A stretch of 35,787 bases of DNA, taken from a virus. Lineage: Duplodnaviria > Caudoviricetes. Positions 22,152 to 31,506 of this stretch are shown here, one piece after another. The stretch covers positions 1 through 35,787 of the IMG/VR virus record IMGVR_UViG_3300025018_000328, one strand, 5' to 3'. Position 1 is the stretch's first letter. Each line of letters starts with the position of its first letter. The translations under genes were made by a program, and so were the position numbers. The notes under the pieces are model-generated. The model saw only the letters and a program-made list of their open reading frames with translations. It did not search any database and was not told the DNA's origin.

Positions 22152-24698
22152 ATGGCCAATTATATACATAAGAAAAGATATGACAATCACTTTGGGCTTG
22201 ATTTAAAAGCAACTGACTTGATACGCCCAGAAAATTTTGTATCATCAATGTTAAATGCCGAATACATGGCAAGCGGTGCAATTAACAAAAGAAAAGGTTA
22301 TCAAGTTATAGCTAATTTAACAGCTGATAAAATTCATGGTATTTTTTCTTATAACAAAATAAATCCCAGAACATTTGCAGATGAGTCACAAATAATAGGC
22401 GTAGGCGCAAGCTTATATAAATTAAATTCAACTACGATCACTGTAACATATAGCGGAGCTGCAACTTCGGCTTTGTTATCAGTTTTCTATTCATCTGATG
22501 ATTCGGAGTATCAATTAACTTTATCAGAAGATAATACAACGGTTTTAACTCAAAGTTTAGGAATTGGTTTTGATGAGGTAACCCCGTATACAATTGCCGA
22601 TCTTGTAACTGATATTACAGCGGTAACTAATTTCAGTGCCGTGGCAAGTGGGGATTCAACTGTCCCGGCAGCTTTTACAAGAATAACAAGAGATTATGAT
22701 TTAATAGTAAATGATTTTGTAGGAACGAGTTATTATTGGAATGCAATTAATCAAACAGTATCGGCACCGTTTCAATCATCTATAGATAATAAAGAAAATG
22801 TGGATTTTGAAAATCTGTCCTTTGCACAATTACGAAACGTTGCTTACTTATCAAACGGCTATGATGATTTACATAAATACGACGGGCAAACTTGCTATAA
22901 AGCAGGGCTTCCCGATGTATCTTCTTTGACAGCTGTCAAGCTAGCCGTGGCGGGCAATCTAACGGGTGATTATTTTTATAGAACGAGATACATTCAATAC
23001 GATGCGGCAGGGAATATAGTAGAGGGAAATGTTTTAGATCCGGTTGCTCATACAGGCGGAACCTTGGCCAGTGAAACAATGACTGTAACAGTAGGGAATA
23101 TACAAACAGGAAGCGGCTTTAACACTAATAGTGCGCAAGTAGACGGCAATCAAAACGGTGTATTAATAATTATAGTTGACGCGGGTCATACAATGAAGGT
23201 TGGAGATACCGCCTTTTTTTGGGATGGGGTTCAAAGTAAATACATACAAAGAGAAGTAACCGGAATTGCTGCAACCACTATAACAATTAGCACTACAAGT
23301 CTTGACACAGATTCAACTTCTCATACATATGATTTAGGCGGCGTTGTAAATGTGGTAAACAACTATCCAATTTCTAATAATTTAAGAATAGGGTTATATA
23401 GAATAAAAAATGCCGGAACTATTTATTATTTGGTTGAAGAGCTTCCTAATTTTTCGGGTGCTTCCACACAACAATATATAGACGATATAGCAGATAGTTC
23501 ATTGACAATTGAGTTAGTGCTTCCGATAACTGATAGAAGTTTACCTCCTAAGGGTAAATACATAACAACGCATCAAAACTTATTAATCGTGGCCGGAAAT
23601 TATGAGGATAGAAATTTAGTATATTGGTCTGACATAGATTTTCCCGAGTATTTTCCGTCTGGAGCTAACTTCGAAATCATGGACACTGTGGCCGGAGATG
23701 TAATAACAGGCGTCATTTCAAGTGGACCATATTTGGCAATAGGGAAAACAAGGTCAATGCGTTTAATGTCCGGCACACTAGGGGACAGTAATTATAGAAA
23801 CGATTTACTTACACAAGACATAGGATGTATTGCACACTCAACATTAACCGAAGGGGATGGGATAATTTATTATTGGTCTGACAAAGGCCCTTACATGATA
23901 GTAAATGGACAAATTCCAGTTCCGGTAGGTTTAAGTGTAACGGGCGGCGGAAGACTTGAGACAGTTTTTTTACAAGAAGGTATCGAGCAAGAATTTCAAT
24001 ACATTAAGAAAAAAGCAGTATCTCTTAACGATAGATTAAATAAAAAATGGATTACATTCATTCCTTGTGAAACTTTATCCTCTGGAAATGAAAAATACTC
24101 GAACGAAAATTCAAGATTATTCGTCTATGATTATTCAAGAGATGCGTGGGTAGTATGGTCAAACATGAATATAACAAACGGAATAACATTACATAACGGA
24201 GAATTGTTTTTCACAGAAAAAACTTATTCAGATTTTGAAGATGCTCTTATATATAAAACCTTTAAAAGGCATAATTTAAACGAAGCTTGGGATTATGAAG
24301 ACAACACCGAAGCAATTGATTTTTCATACGGCAGTAATTGGGAGACTTTAGGGGAGCCTAGTATTTATAAAAAACCTTTAAAATTTAGATTATTTGCATT
24401 AGAAAGCACTGTTAATTCAGAACCAACAATTTCATTTGATCAGGAAAATAATTTTTTATTTAGCATAGCAACCTTAACTAAGAGTTTGCCTCAACCGTTT
24501 GGCGGTTATGGGATAAGTGAGTACGGAGTTGTTGGATATGGGGAGATAGCAGAGCCTTTTTTTGAATCCTCTTTAAGAAGAGATAAGGTTAGATCAATGA
24601 GGTTAGTTTTTAAAAACAGCGAACATCAGCAAAATGCGATTATAACAGGTTGGGAAGTTGAATATAATGCGCCGTTTGATGTTCAATTTAAGAAATAG
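22152..24698 (+). CDS. Tail nozzle/hub protein (P22 gp10 / T7 gp12-like)
   Basis: 848 aa. N-terminal FGLD...N....SGAINKRKG, beta-propeller-like segments (LVYWSD...PEYFP, DIGCIAHST) and C-terminal IITGWEVEY. Confidence 0.8.
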   Translation: MANYIHKKRYDNHFGLDLKATDLIRPENFVSSMLNAEYMASGAINKRKGYQVIANLTADKIHGIFSYNKINPRTFADESQIIGVGASLYKLNSTTITVTYSGAATSALLSVFYSSDDSEYQLTLSEDNTTVLTQSLGIGFDEVTPYTIADLVTDITAVTNFSAVASGDSTVPAAFTRITRDYDLIVNDFVGTSYYWNAINQTVSAPFQSSIDNKENVDFENLSFAQLRNVAYLSNGYDDLHKYDGQTCYKAGLPDVSSLTAVKLAVAGNLTGDYFYRTRYIQYDAAGNIVEGNVLDPVAHTGGTLASETMTVTVGNIQTGSGFNTNSAQVDGNQNGVLIIIVDAGHTMKVGDTAFFWDGVQSKYIQREVTGIAATTITISTTSLDTDSTSHTYDLGGVVNVVNNYPISNNLRIGLYRIKNAGTIYYLVEELPNFSGASTQQYIDDIADSSLTIELVLPITDRSLPPKGKYITTHQNLLIVAGNYEDRNLVYWSDIDFPEYFPSGANFEIMDTVAGDVITGVISSGPYLAIGKTRSMRLMSGTLGDSNYRNDLLTQDIGCIAHSTLTEGDGIIYYWSDKGPYMIVNGQIPVPVGLSVTGGGRLETVFLQEGIEQEFQYIKKKAVSLNDRLNKKWITFIPCETLSSGNEKYSNENSRLFVYDYSRDAWVVWSNMNITNGITLHNGELFFTEKTYSDFEDALIYKTFKRHNLNEAWDYEDNTEAIDFSYGSNWETLGEPSIYKKPLKFRLFALESTVNSEPTISFDQENNFLFSIATLTKSLPQPFGGYGISEYGVVGYGEIAEPFFESSLRRDKVRSMRLVFKNSEHQQNAIITGWEVEYNAPFDVQFKK

Positions 24699-24708
24699 GA
24701 CAAGTACA

Positions 24709-25074
24709 ATGAGATTCACTAGTTTTAAAGAATTTAAATCAGATTACAGCAATGCAAGAAATTATTTGTCTGTAGAATTGCCTCAAACATTACGTGATTT
24801 ATCTAGTGGGTTAACTAAATTAAATTTTAATGACAACTTTGTTTCATTTACAAAAAGCTTAATCATAGCAGCTAATACAGAAACAACTATAATTAATGAA
24901 TTAAGGTCCGCTGCTGGACAAAAAATAATTCCAACACAACGATTTATAGTAAGAGGAAATGAGTTTGCAAGTTATGTGCAGGATGGGGCAACAGAATGGA
25001 CAGCTGATAATTTGTATTTAAAAAACTATCACGGCAGCGGTGTTGCAGTTTTTACAGTAATATTTTTTAAGTAA
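24709..25074 (+). CDS. Putative tail-associated protein (start revised from 24658 to 24709)
   Basis: AGGA SD after the nozzle stop; helical N-terminus, LNFNDNF motif and a small beta domain. Confidence 0.6.
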   Translation: MRFTSFKEFKSDYSNARNYLSVELPQTLRDLSSGLTKLNFNDNFVSFTKSLIIAANTETTIINELRSAAGQKIIPTQRFIVRGNEFASYVQDGATEWTADNLYLKNYHGSGVAVFTVIFFK

Positions 25075-25087
25075 AGGGGATATAAAC

Positions 25088-26056
25088 ATGGGTTTAATAG
25101 ATTTAGGTTTTTTTAATCAAGAAAAAGAAAGAAAAAAAGAGGAAGAGCTTGAAGCTCTTCGTACCCAGAAACAAAACAACGCACAAAAACAGAAAATGGA
25201 ATTGTCCTTAGAAAAAGGGCGCAAACGCGGAGAAGAATTGTTTCAATTGTCTCCGGAAGAAAAAGCCAAGAATGAAGAGTTGCTTAAAAGATATGAAGAT
25301 TATTCGAAAGGTTTGTCTGCACAAGAACTGCAAGGGTTTAGAGAAAATGCGGCCGCTAAAGCCGCGAGTGATTATGCAACTTCGGCTCGACAAATGAAGG
25401 TGGAAGCAGGTGCTCAAGGTGGTAGAGGTGGAGCGTTATCCGGACAATTAGGGCAATTAAAACAAATGCAAGCTCAAACAGGATTACAGAACGAGCGAGA
25501 TATATTTTTACAAAACGTTGGGATGCAACGCACAGGATTAGATCAATATGGACAAGCTATTTCAGCGATAAGGAAGGAAGAACTTGCAAGGGCTGCAGGC
25601 ATAGGTGGAATGGAAACAGCCTACGGTGGGCTGCAAGCCACAAATCAAGCCCAACAATCGGCCTTAGAAGCAGCGCTGCTTCAAGCACAACAGCAAGCAG
25701 CAGCAATAAGACAAAGCAATAGTGGAGGCACATGGCTTTGCACAGAAGCTATTTCAATCAGCGGGGAGAATGCAAAGTTGTTACGTAAATTTAAATTATA
25801 TGCGTTAAAGAATTTTAAAGCAGATACTAAATTTTATATAAAACATTGTTGGGAACTTGTAAGTAGAATGAAAAAAGAAAATGCAGATTGGAATGTGAAT
25901 AAAAAATTTGTAAAAGAAGTTTTAAGTTTAATAAAAGAAAATAAATTAAAAGAAGCATACATACAATATAACAATTATGTAACACAATTAATAAATAAAC
26001 ATTGGTCTGATTGTGATTATGATAGGCAACTAATAGGGGTTAATAAACATGGCTAA
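25088..26056 (+). CDS. Putative ejection (DNA pilot) protein with a C-terminal CFI-box-CTERM-like domain
   Basis: Gln/Ala/Gly-rich helical body, then SGGTWLCTEA...LLRKFKLYAL...FYIKHCWELV...LIKENKLKEAYIQYNNYV. Confidence 0.65.
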   Translation: MGLIDLGFFNQEKERKKEEELEALRTQKQNNAQKQKMELSLEKGRKRGEELFQLSPEEKAKNEELLKRYEDYSKGLSAQELQGFRENAAAKAASDYATSARQMKVEAGAQGGRGGALSGQLGQLKQMQAQTGLQNERDIFLQNVGMQRTGLDQYGQAISAIRKEELARAAGIGGMETAYGGLQATNQAQQSALEAALLQAQQQAAAIRQSNSGGTWLCTEAISISGENAKLLRKFKLYALKNFKADTKFYIKHCWELVSRMKKENADWNVNKKFVKEVLSLIKENKLKEAYIQYNNYVTQLINKHWSDCDYDRQLIGVNKHG

Positions 26057-27164
26057 TAAGTTTGATATTAATGAATTGTTTAAGATTCCACAACCGGAAC
26101 CTATGCAAACAAAGTTCAATTGGGACGAGGCATTAAATCAGGTGAAAGAACAGCCACAAGCAATTCCTGTTAATCCGCACACTAGAAAAGCAATAGCTAT
26201 GCAAGATAAGTCTAAAGTGATTCCTATCCCGCCGCCAGTGAAACCAGTGGAACAACCACAACCTATCGAGCCACAAGCGTTGCCTCAAGAGTATGAGAAA
26301 CCAAAACAACTTGATACCTGGGGAGCAATTCTTGCCGGGGCAATTCCTTTACTAGCAAGCGGGCTGTTTGGCGGATCCGAAGGTTTACAGCATGGGGCTA
26401 AAGGCGGTGCGCAAGCAATAGAAGGTGTTCAAAGGGCAACACAAGAAGAAAATAAATTGATAGATCAACGCAATAAAGAATTAATGGCTGCGAAGCAAGA
26501 ACAAGCAAAATCAGAATTAGAAAAAAACAAATGGCAACAAGAGTTTCAATTAAAACAACAAGAATTTCAAATCAAAAAACAAGATTTGAATATGAAACTA
26601 GATAAACATTTAAAAGAATCTAATACAATTCCGGAAGCAATTTCTAAATTAGAAGGGGATTTAAGAAAAGAATTTAAATCTGATCCTAGGGTAAAAGATT
26701 ACTATGAATTGGCCACTGCAGCAAATACAGTATTAAAATACGACAAAATGCCTTCAAAAGACTTAAAGGGAATTAGGCAAGTAGACATATTATTTGGATT
26801 CATGAAGGTGCTAGATCCGGGCAGTCGTGTAACAGGTTCGGAAGTTGCACTCTCTAAAGAGGCAACCCCTACGGCCAAAAAATGGGCACTAATGTTAAAT
26901 AAATTTAATTCTGGAGATATAGCGGATAAAGACACTGTAACCGAAATGATTGAGATTACAAAAAGAAATATGAATGCTGCAGCGGAGGGGTTTAATACTG
27001 TAAGAGAAGAAATGGCGCAATTAGCTTCTGGGTATCCCGGAGTAAGATTAGAACAAGTAACAACACCGTCAAAGCAATTGCTTGAAATAGAAAATCAACC
27101 GTTAACAAGACAAGAAAAAATCAAGCAAGAAATTGAAAGAAGAAAAAAGAAGTTGGGGAAATAA
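26049..27164 (+). CDS. Putative ejection protein
   Basis: Pro/Gln-rich N-terminus, hydrophobic Gly-rich segment, coiled coil and FMKVLDPGS.V...E motif; follows the tail genes. Confidence 0.65.
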   Translation: MANKFDINELFKIPQPEPMQTKFNWDEALNQVKEQPQAIPVNPHTRKAIAMQDKSKVIPIPPPVKPVEQPQPIEPQALPQEYEKPKQLDTWGAILAGAIPLLASGLFGGSEGLQHGAKGGAQAIEGVQRATQEENKLIDQRNKELMAAKQEQAKSELEKNKWQQEFQLKQQEFQIKKQDLNMKLDKHLKESNTIPEAISKLEGDLRKEFKSDPRVKDYYELATAANTVLKYDKMPSKDLKGIRQVDILFGFMKVLDPGSRVTGSEVALSKEATPTAKKWALMLNKFNSGDIADKDTVTEMIEITKRNMNAAAEGFNTVREEMAQLASGYPGVRLEQVTTPSKQLLEIENQPLTRQEKIKQEIERRKKKLGK

Positions 27165-27167
27165 AAA

Positions 27168-29672
27168 ATGCCTAATTTAAAAAGAATAGAAGACATGACG
27201 GATGAAGAATTATTGTCGGAACTAGAAGATAAAGAAGATTTAACCAAATTATCTGACGATGAGCTTCAACTAGAATTACAAAAAGAACAAGAAGCGGCCC
27301 CTTATGAGGAAGGCCTTATTGGGAGTGCTGTAGAAGGTGCAGAATCACTTTTAGGAGCTGGGTTAGAAAAAGTTGGGCGTATATTGTCTCCTTTAGACGA
27401 ATTTGCTAGTAAATATGTAAGCAATCCACTAAAAGCCAGTTATGGTGCATATCAAACAGGACAAGGAGCTGGGCAACAATTCAAAGCATTAGTAGAACAA
27501 TTTGGTAAAGCAAGATTACCTACAACGCCTGAATCTTGGAAAGAAATAGCTCAAAAAGGCGGGATACCAAAAACATCTTTAAGCGAAGTAGCACCTGAAT
27601 TATTTTCTAAATCAGGGCAAGAATGGCTTAAGCTAAGAAAGGGCGGGATGTTAGACGTGTCTCCGGCAGGGGTGGTTGGCGGAGTAACTGAAATAGGGTT
27701 AAGCCCTACAAGCTATTTGCCTTATGGTGCAGCTTTAAAAGGGTCGGCTAAAGCGGCATCCGGCTCGGTTAAGCTTGTAGGAAAGGGGACTTTAAAAACA
27801 ATAGAGAAAATGGCCGAAGGAGCATCAAAATTTACCCCCAAAGAATCAAAGCTTGCGGGACAATTAAATAAAATATCCGAGGTAGCACAAAAAGGAGGGC
27901 AAGCCCTTAAAAAAACAAAAGACATACCGTTAAAACCAAACGCTAAGGAAATAATAAAAGCTGCGAAGGATTTGAATGTCCCAGCAACTAGCGGGATGTT
28001 GTCTGCTAGTGAAGACGTTGCAAAGTTGGAGCAAGCATTGGCTTCAAACCCTTCTAGTATGGCAAAGCCAACAAGAGAAATGTTTAGTAAATTAAAAACA
28101 GGCTTAACAAACACTACAAAAGAAATAATGAACGTTGGGGAAGAAGGAGTTAAACTAACAGCCGATGAAATAGGTGTGGCTATAAAAGAAAAAGCATTTA
28201 AAGTATTTGAAGACAAATTTAACAAGCTTGGAAATGTTTATGACAAAGTAGCAAACAAATTTAGAACAAGCAAAGTTCCAAATTTGAAACTTGTTTCTAC
28301 AACTGTAAATGATATAAAAAACAATATTGGTAAATTTAAAATATCAGGAATACAAAACAAAATAAAAGACACATTAAGTGATTTAGACCAAATAAAAACA
28401 CTAGAAGATTTAAGAAATTTTAGAAGTGGATTAGGGAAAACCATATCTTCTGCTAGTTCTGGAAATGAAATAGATTTTGTAGTTCGCGTGAACGAGGCCA
28501 TAGACAAGGCTATGGAACAAAACATATTATCTTCTTTTGGTAAAAAATCCACTTTATATAAACAATGGAAGAAAACAAACAAAGCTTACGCAAATGAAAT
28601 AAATAATTTCAAACAATTAATTGGTTTATCTAAAGTTGATAAAATAGGGCGCAAGGGACAGTTGTTTGATAAATTAGAAAAAATGAAAGAAGAAGGTGTG
28701 GCAAACAAGATATTTAATTTACAAAATAAAAATAGGTTGCTTCATGCACAAAAAATCTTACCAGAAGAATTTGAGTTATTTAAAAAATTAAAGCTAGCGC
28801 AACTGACACCTAGTGATTTATCAGCAAAAAGATTACTAACCGAAATAGATAAAATGCCAGAGTATCAAAGAAAAATGTTTTTTACACCAGAAAAAACAGA
28901 GAAACTAAACGCTTTACGAACTGTTATAAAAGCAATGCCAGAGAATTACAACCCGAGTGCAACGGCTAAGTTTTTACCCTGGGTGATTGAAGCCGGGCAG
29001 GGTTCAAAAATGGGAGGTGTTTTTAGTAAAGTAAAAGATCTTGTGTCGCCGTCTTCTGCATTAGAAACTTTAGGCACAGCGGCCGAAGCAAGTAAATTAA
29101 AAGGCATTACTTCACAAGTTGGCACAACAGCACAAAGAGGTAAAAAAATGTCATTATTAGAAGAATTTGCGCCGTCTCGAACGGAAGGTATTCCTAGCGT
29201 TGGAATGAAAATAAATCAATTAATGCAAACAGGAATAAGGGCTAATGAGCCCACTCCGATGGATGAGTTTGACACACTTCCGCAAGCGAATAAGTATTTA
29301 GAACTTGCAGACAAAAAGGATATTCTTTTGAGTGGCGCAGCACAACAAATGTTAATGAAGTATCCGAGGTTTATGCAAGAAAAGATTAAAAACGAATTAA
29401 TGAAAATTCCAGGAGCACCAACGGCAGACAAAGTAATGAGACTAGCCTTACCAGGATCGATTAAAAAAGAAGTTTTAAATGTATTGAACAGAGTTTATTA
29501 TTCTAACACTCAAGATGAGCCAGTTACTTTTGTGCCGGAAGAAAAAAGAAACTCTGTACGTCAAGACATACATAACAATCCGGCTTTATCGTTAGAAGAA
29601 AAGGCTAATATGATTGACCAACTTAACCGCCATGGTAGTATTACTAATATCAAGGCAATAACAGGATTCTAA
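27168..29672 (+). CDS. Large putative ejection/internal virion protein
   Basis: 834 aa, Lys/Ala/Gly-rich and helical, with N-terminal D(M/L)..(T/S)D(E/D)EL repeats; last gene before the lysis cassette. Confidence 0.65.
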   Translation: MPNLKRIEDMTDEELLSELEDKEDLTKLSDDELQLELQKEQEAAPYEEGLIGSAVEGAESLLGAGLEKVGRILSPLDEFASKYVSNPLKASYGAYQTGQGAGQQFKALVEQFGKARLPTTPESWKEIAQKGGIPKTSLSEVAPELFSKSGQEWLKLRKGGMLDVSPAGVVGGVTEIGLSPTSYLPYGAALKGSAKAASGSVKLVGKGTLKTIEKMAEGASKFTPKESKLAGQLNKISEVAQKGGQALKKTKDIPLKPNAKEIIKAAKDLNVPATSGMLSASEDVAKLEQALASNPSSMAKPTREMFSKLKTGLTNTTKEIMNVGEEGVKLTADEIGVAIKEKAFKVFEDKFNKLGNVYDKVANKFRTSKVPNLKLVSTTVNDIKNNIGKFKISGIQNKIKDTLSDLDQIKTLEDLRNFRSGLGKTISSASSGNEIDFVVRVNEAIDKAMEQNILSSFGKKSTLYKQWKKTNKAYANEINNFKQLIGLSKVDKIGRKGQLFDKLEKMKEEGVANKIFNLQNKNRLLHAQKILPEEFELFKKLKLAQLTPSDLSAKRLLTEIDKMPEYQRKMFFTPEKTEKLNALRTVIKAMPENYNPSATAKFLPWVIEAGQGSKMGGVFSKVKDLVSPSSALETLGTAAEASKLKGITSQVGTTAQRGKKMSLLEEFAPSRTEGIPSVGMKINQLMQTGIRANEPTPMDEFDTLPQANKYLELADKKDILLSGAAQQMLMKYPRFMQEKIKNELMKIPGAPTADKVMRLALPGSIKKEVLNVLNRVYYSNTQDEPVTFVPEEKRNSVRQDIHNNPALSLEEKANMIDQLNRHGSITNIKAITGF

Positions 29673-29930
29673 ATGGATTCAATAGTAATGCAGTTTTTGG
29701 CTGTTTTGTTAGGGATTACATTTTCTGGAAACATATTTTTCTTTAAACGAATCATAAATAAAATAGACGTATTTGAAGACAAGCTAGAAGCTATTCATAA
29801 GGATTGGTATTACACTAAAAGCAAAATGGAATTAGTTGATGACAGAATAGAAAACATTAAACTACAATTAAAAGAAATTACAACTAATTGCAATAAATTA
29901 CATCCTGTTAGAATATATAATAAAGATTGA
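29673..29930 (+). CDS. Membrane-anchored coiled-coil protein (holin/antiholin-like)
   Basis: One N-terminal hydrophobic helix followed by a coiled coil; first gene of the lysis region. Confidence 0.55.
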   Translation: MDSIVMQFLAVLLGITFSGNIFFFKRIINKIDVFEDKLEAIHKDWYYTKSKMELVDDRIENIKLQLKEITTNCNKLHPVRIYNKD

Positions 29931-29951
29931 TATAAAAAAAAAGGGGGGTAT

Positions 29952-30167
29952 ATGCCACAAGTACTAAAGGATTTATTATCCAGTAAAAAGTTTTTAGTTA
30001 TGATTTTAAGTTTACTTGGTGCGGTTGGGGTTCAATTTTTGGCCGATCCTATACACGCCGATAAATTAGCAGACATTATAGTAATGTTGGGTGGGTTATT
30101 TCTGGGATCACAAGGATTGGCTGATTTATCTAAAGCCAAGGCACAAATAGAAAACAAAATAAAATAA
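29952..30167 (+). CDS. Putative holin (two transmembrane helices)
   Basis: LLSSKKF.. then two hydrophobic helices and a ..QGLAD..K basic tail; strong SD. Confidence 0.7.
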   Translation: MPQVLKDLLSSKKFLVMILSLLGAVGVQFLADPIHADKLADIIVMLGGLFLGSQGLADLSKAKAQIENKIK

Positions 30168-30168
30168 T

Positions 30169-30363
30169 ATGTTAACAACAATATGGAATGTGTTAAAAAA
30201 CTTGCCTCAATTTTACGTTTTGCTTAAAGAAGTAGTATCTTTTTTATCTCGTTTTGTTGATTCGTATGAGAAGGCTCAAAAGTTAAAGGATTTGAATGAG
30301 GCGATAAAAAAGGCTAAGAATGAAAAAAATACAGAAAATCTTGAGAATTTGTTTAAAAAATAA
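30169..30363 (+). CDS. Small amphipathic/coiled-coil protein, possible inner spanin-like component
   Basis: Amphipathic N-terminal helix and charged C-terminal helix; overlaps the lipoprotein gene by 44 nt. Confidence 0.5.
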   Translation: MLTTIWNVLKNLPQFYVLLKEVVSFLSRFVDSYEKAQKLKDLNEAIKKAKNEKNTENLENLFKK

Positions 30364-30700
30364 AGATCAATTATTATTAATATTTTTACTTATATTTTTA
30401 TTGGGCGTCATTGTGTCATTAACAAGTTGTGGCGGTGGGGAAGGACTTCCAAGTGGTTTTGATGGTAAGATTTGGGCAGGAGACTCAAGCGATGCTACTA
30501 TCAAGCGTTCCCAGACTGGGGAAGTAATTTCAACCAGTGACTCTAAGTTTGACGATTATGCCGCAATATCATATAGTGATTTATCCTGTTTATATCAAGT
30601 ATTGGTTTATAATTGTTTATCATGGAAACAAGAACACGTAGAGTGCAAGTCTTTATCAACCGACACAATTAAAAGAACGATAAGAAAGTACGATAAATGA
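30320..30700 (+). CDS. Lipoprotein, possible outer spanin-like component
   Basis: Basic N-region, hydrophobic H-region and lipobox LTS/C followed by GGG; GAGG SD. Confidence 0.7.
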   Translation: MKKIQKILRICLKNKDQLLLIFLLIFLLGVIVSLTSCGGGEGLPSGFDGKIWAGDSSDATIKRSQTGEVISTSDSKFDDYAAISYSDLSCLYQVLVYNCLSWKQEHVECKSLSTDTIKRTIRKYDK

Positions 30701-31113
30701 ATAAAAGAGATTTGTTTGTAAAAGAAGTAAAAAAATGTGTCAACATTCCCTATATTTGGGGTGGCAATAACGGAGACGTGGCATCAAAAAAAGCCGGGGT
30801 TGATTGCTCGGGGTTAGTGATATGGGGGGGCTTAAAATCCGGGTTGTGGAACAAAACGTTTGATGATACGGCCGCTGGGTTGTTTAATTCTTGTGTGTCT
30901 GTTAAGAAAATAAATAACGGCGATTTAATTTTTTATGGTAAAAACAGAATCACACATGTTATGATATTTATAGACGGTAAAGCTTTTGGTGCCACAGGTG
31001 GGGGATCAAAAACCACTACAAAAGAAATAGCAAAATCGATAGGTGCTAAGGTTTGTTATAAGCCTATATCGTATCGAAGCGATATATACGGCATAGGTTC
31101 CTTGCCTTTTTAA
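30697..31113 (+). CDS. NlpC/P60 peptidoglycan endopeptidase (probable endolysin)
   Basis: PYIWGG, GVDCSGLV (catalytic Cys), GDLIFYG and ITHV (His). Confidence 0.9.
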   Translation: MNKRDLFVKEVKKCVNIPYIWGGNNGDVASKKAGVDCSGLVIWGGLKSGLWNKTFDDTAAGLFNSCVSVKKINNGDLIFYGKNRITHVMIFIDGKAFGATGGGSKTTTKEIAKSIGAKVCYKPISYRSDIYGIGSLPF

Positions 31114-31119
31114 TATTAT

Positions 31120-31506
31120 ATGAGTAATAATGACATAAAGTTATTTTTTGATATAGAGCCTAGAGGGCTTCATATAACGCAAGACCCGCATACGGGTCAA
31201 TCCAAGATATCTTACAAAACATGGACGTTTAGAAAAGGTATTCTTGGACTTATTAAACAACAGTATTTCAAAGACCCTGTTGAGTGTAGACTTTCACTTG
31301 AAGTAATATTTAATTTAAAAAATAAAGATCATGATAAATTAATGTCGACTAGTAGGCCTGACTTAGATGATTTATTGGCCAATATAATAAAGCCTATGTC
31401 TGGTGTAGTTTTTCAGCGCACTGCACAAATTCAAGAAATGATGGTAAAAAAAATATATTCTAAAGACGAGGGCTATATAATGATAAATCTCAGGAAACTA
31501 GATTAA
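31120..31506 (+). CDS. RusA-like protein, probably catalytically degenerate
   Basis: PVECRLSLEVIF...SRPDLDDLL...SGVVF...AQI..M.VKKIY...G.I.I.L follows the RusA layout. Confidence 0.7.
   Translation: MSNNDIKLFFDIEPRGLHITQDPHTGQSKISYKTWTFRKGILGLIKQQYFKDPVECRLSLEVIFNLKNKDHDKLMSTSRPDLDDLLANIIKPMSGVVFQRTAQIQEMMVKKIYSKDEGYIMINLRKLD

Noticed and set aside
20541-26260. Additional parS half-sites (GTGAAACA near 20548 and 23071; GTGAAAC and GTGGAAC near 26238-26253)
   Set aside because: Only one arm matches, so they are not palindromic and are consistent with chance.
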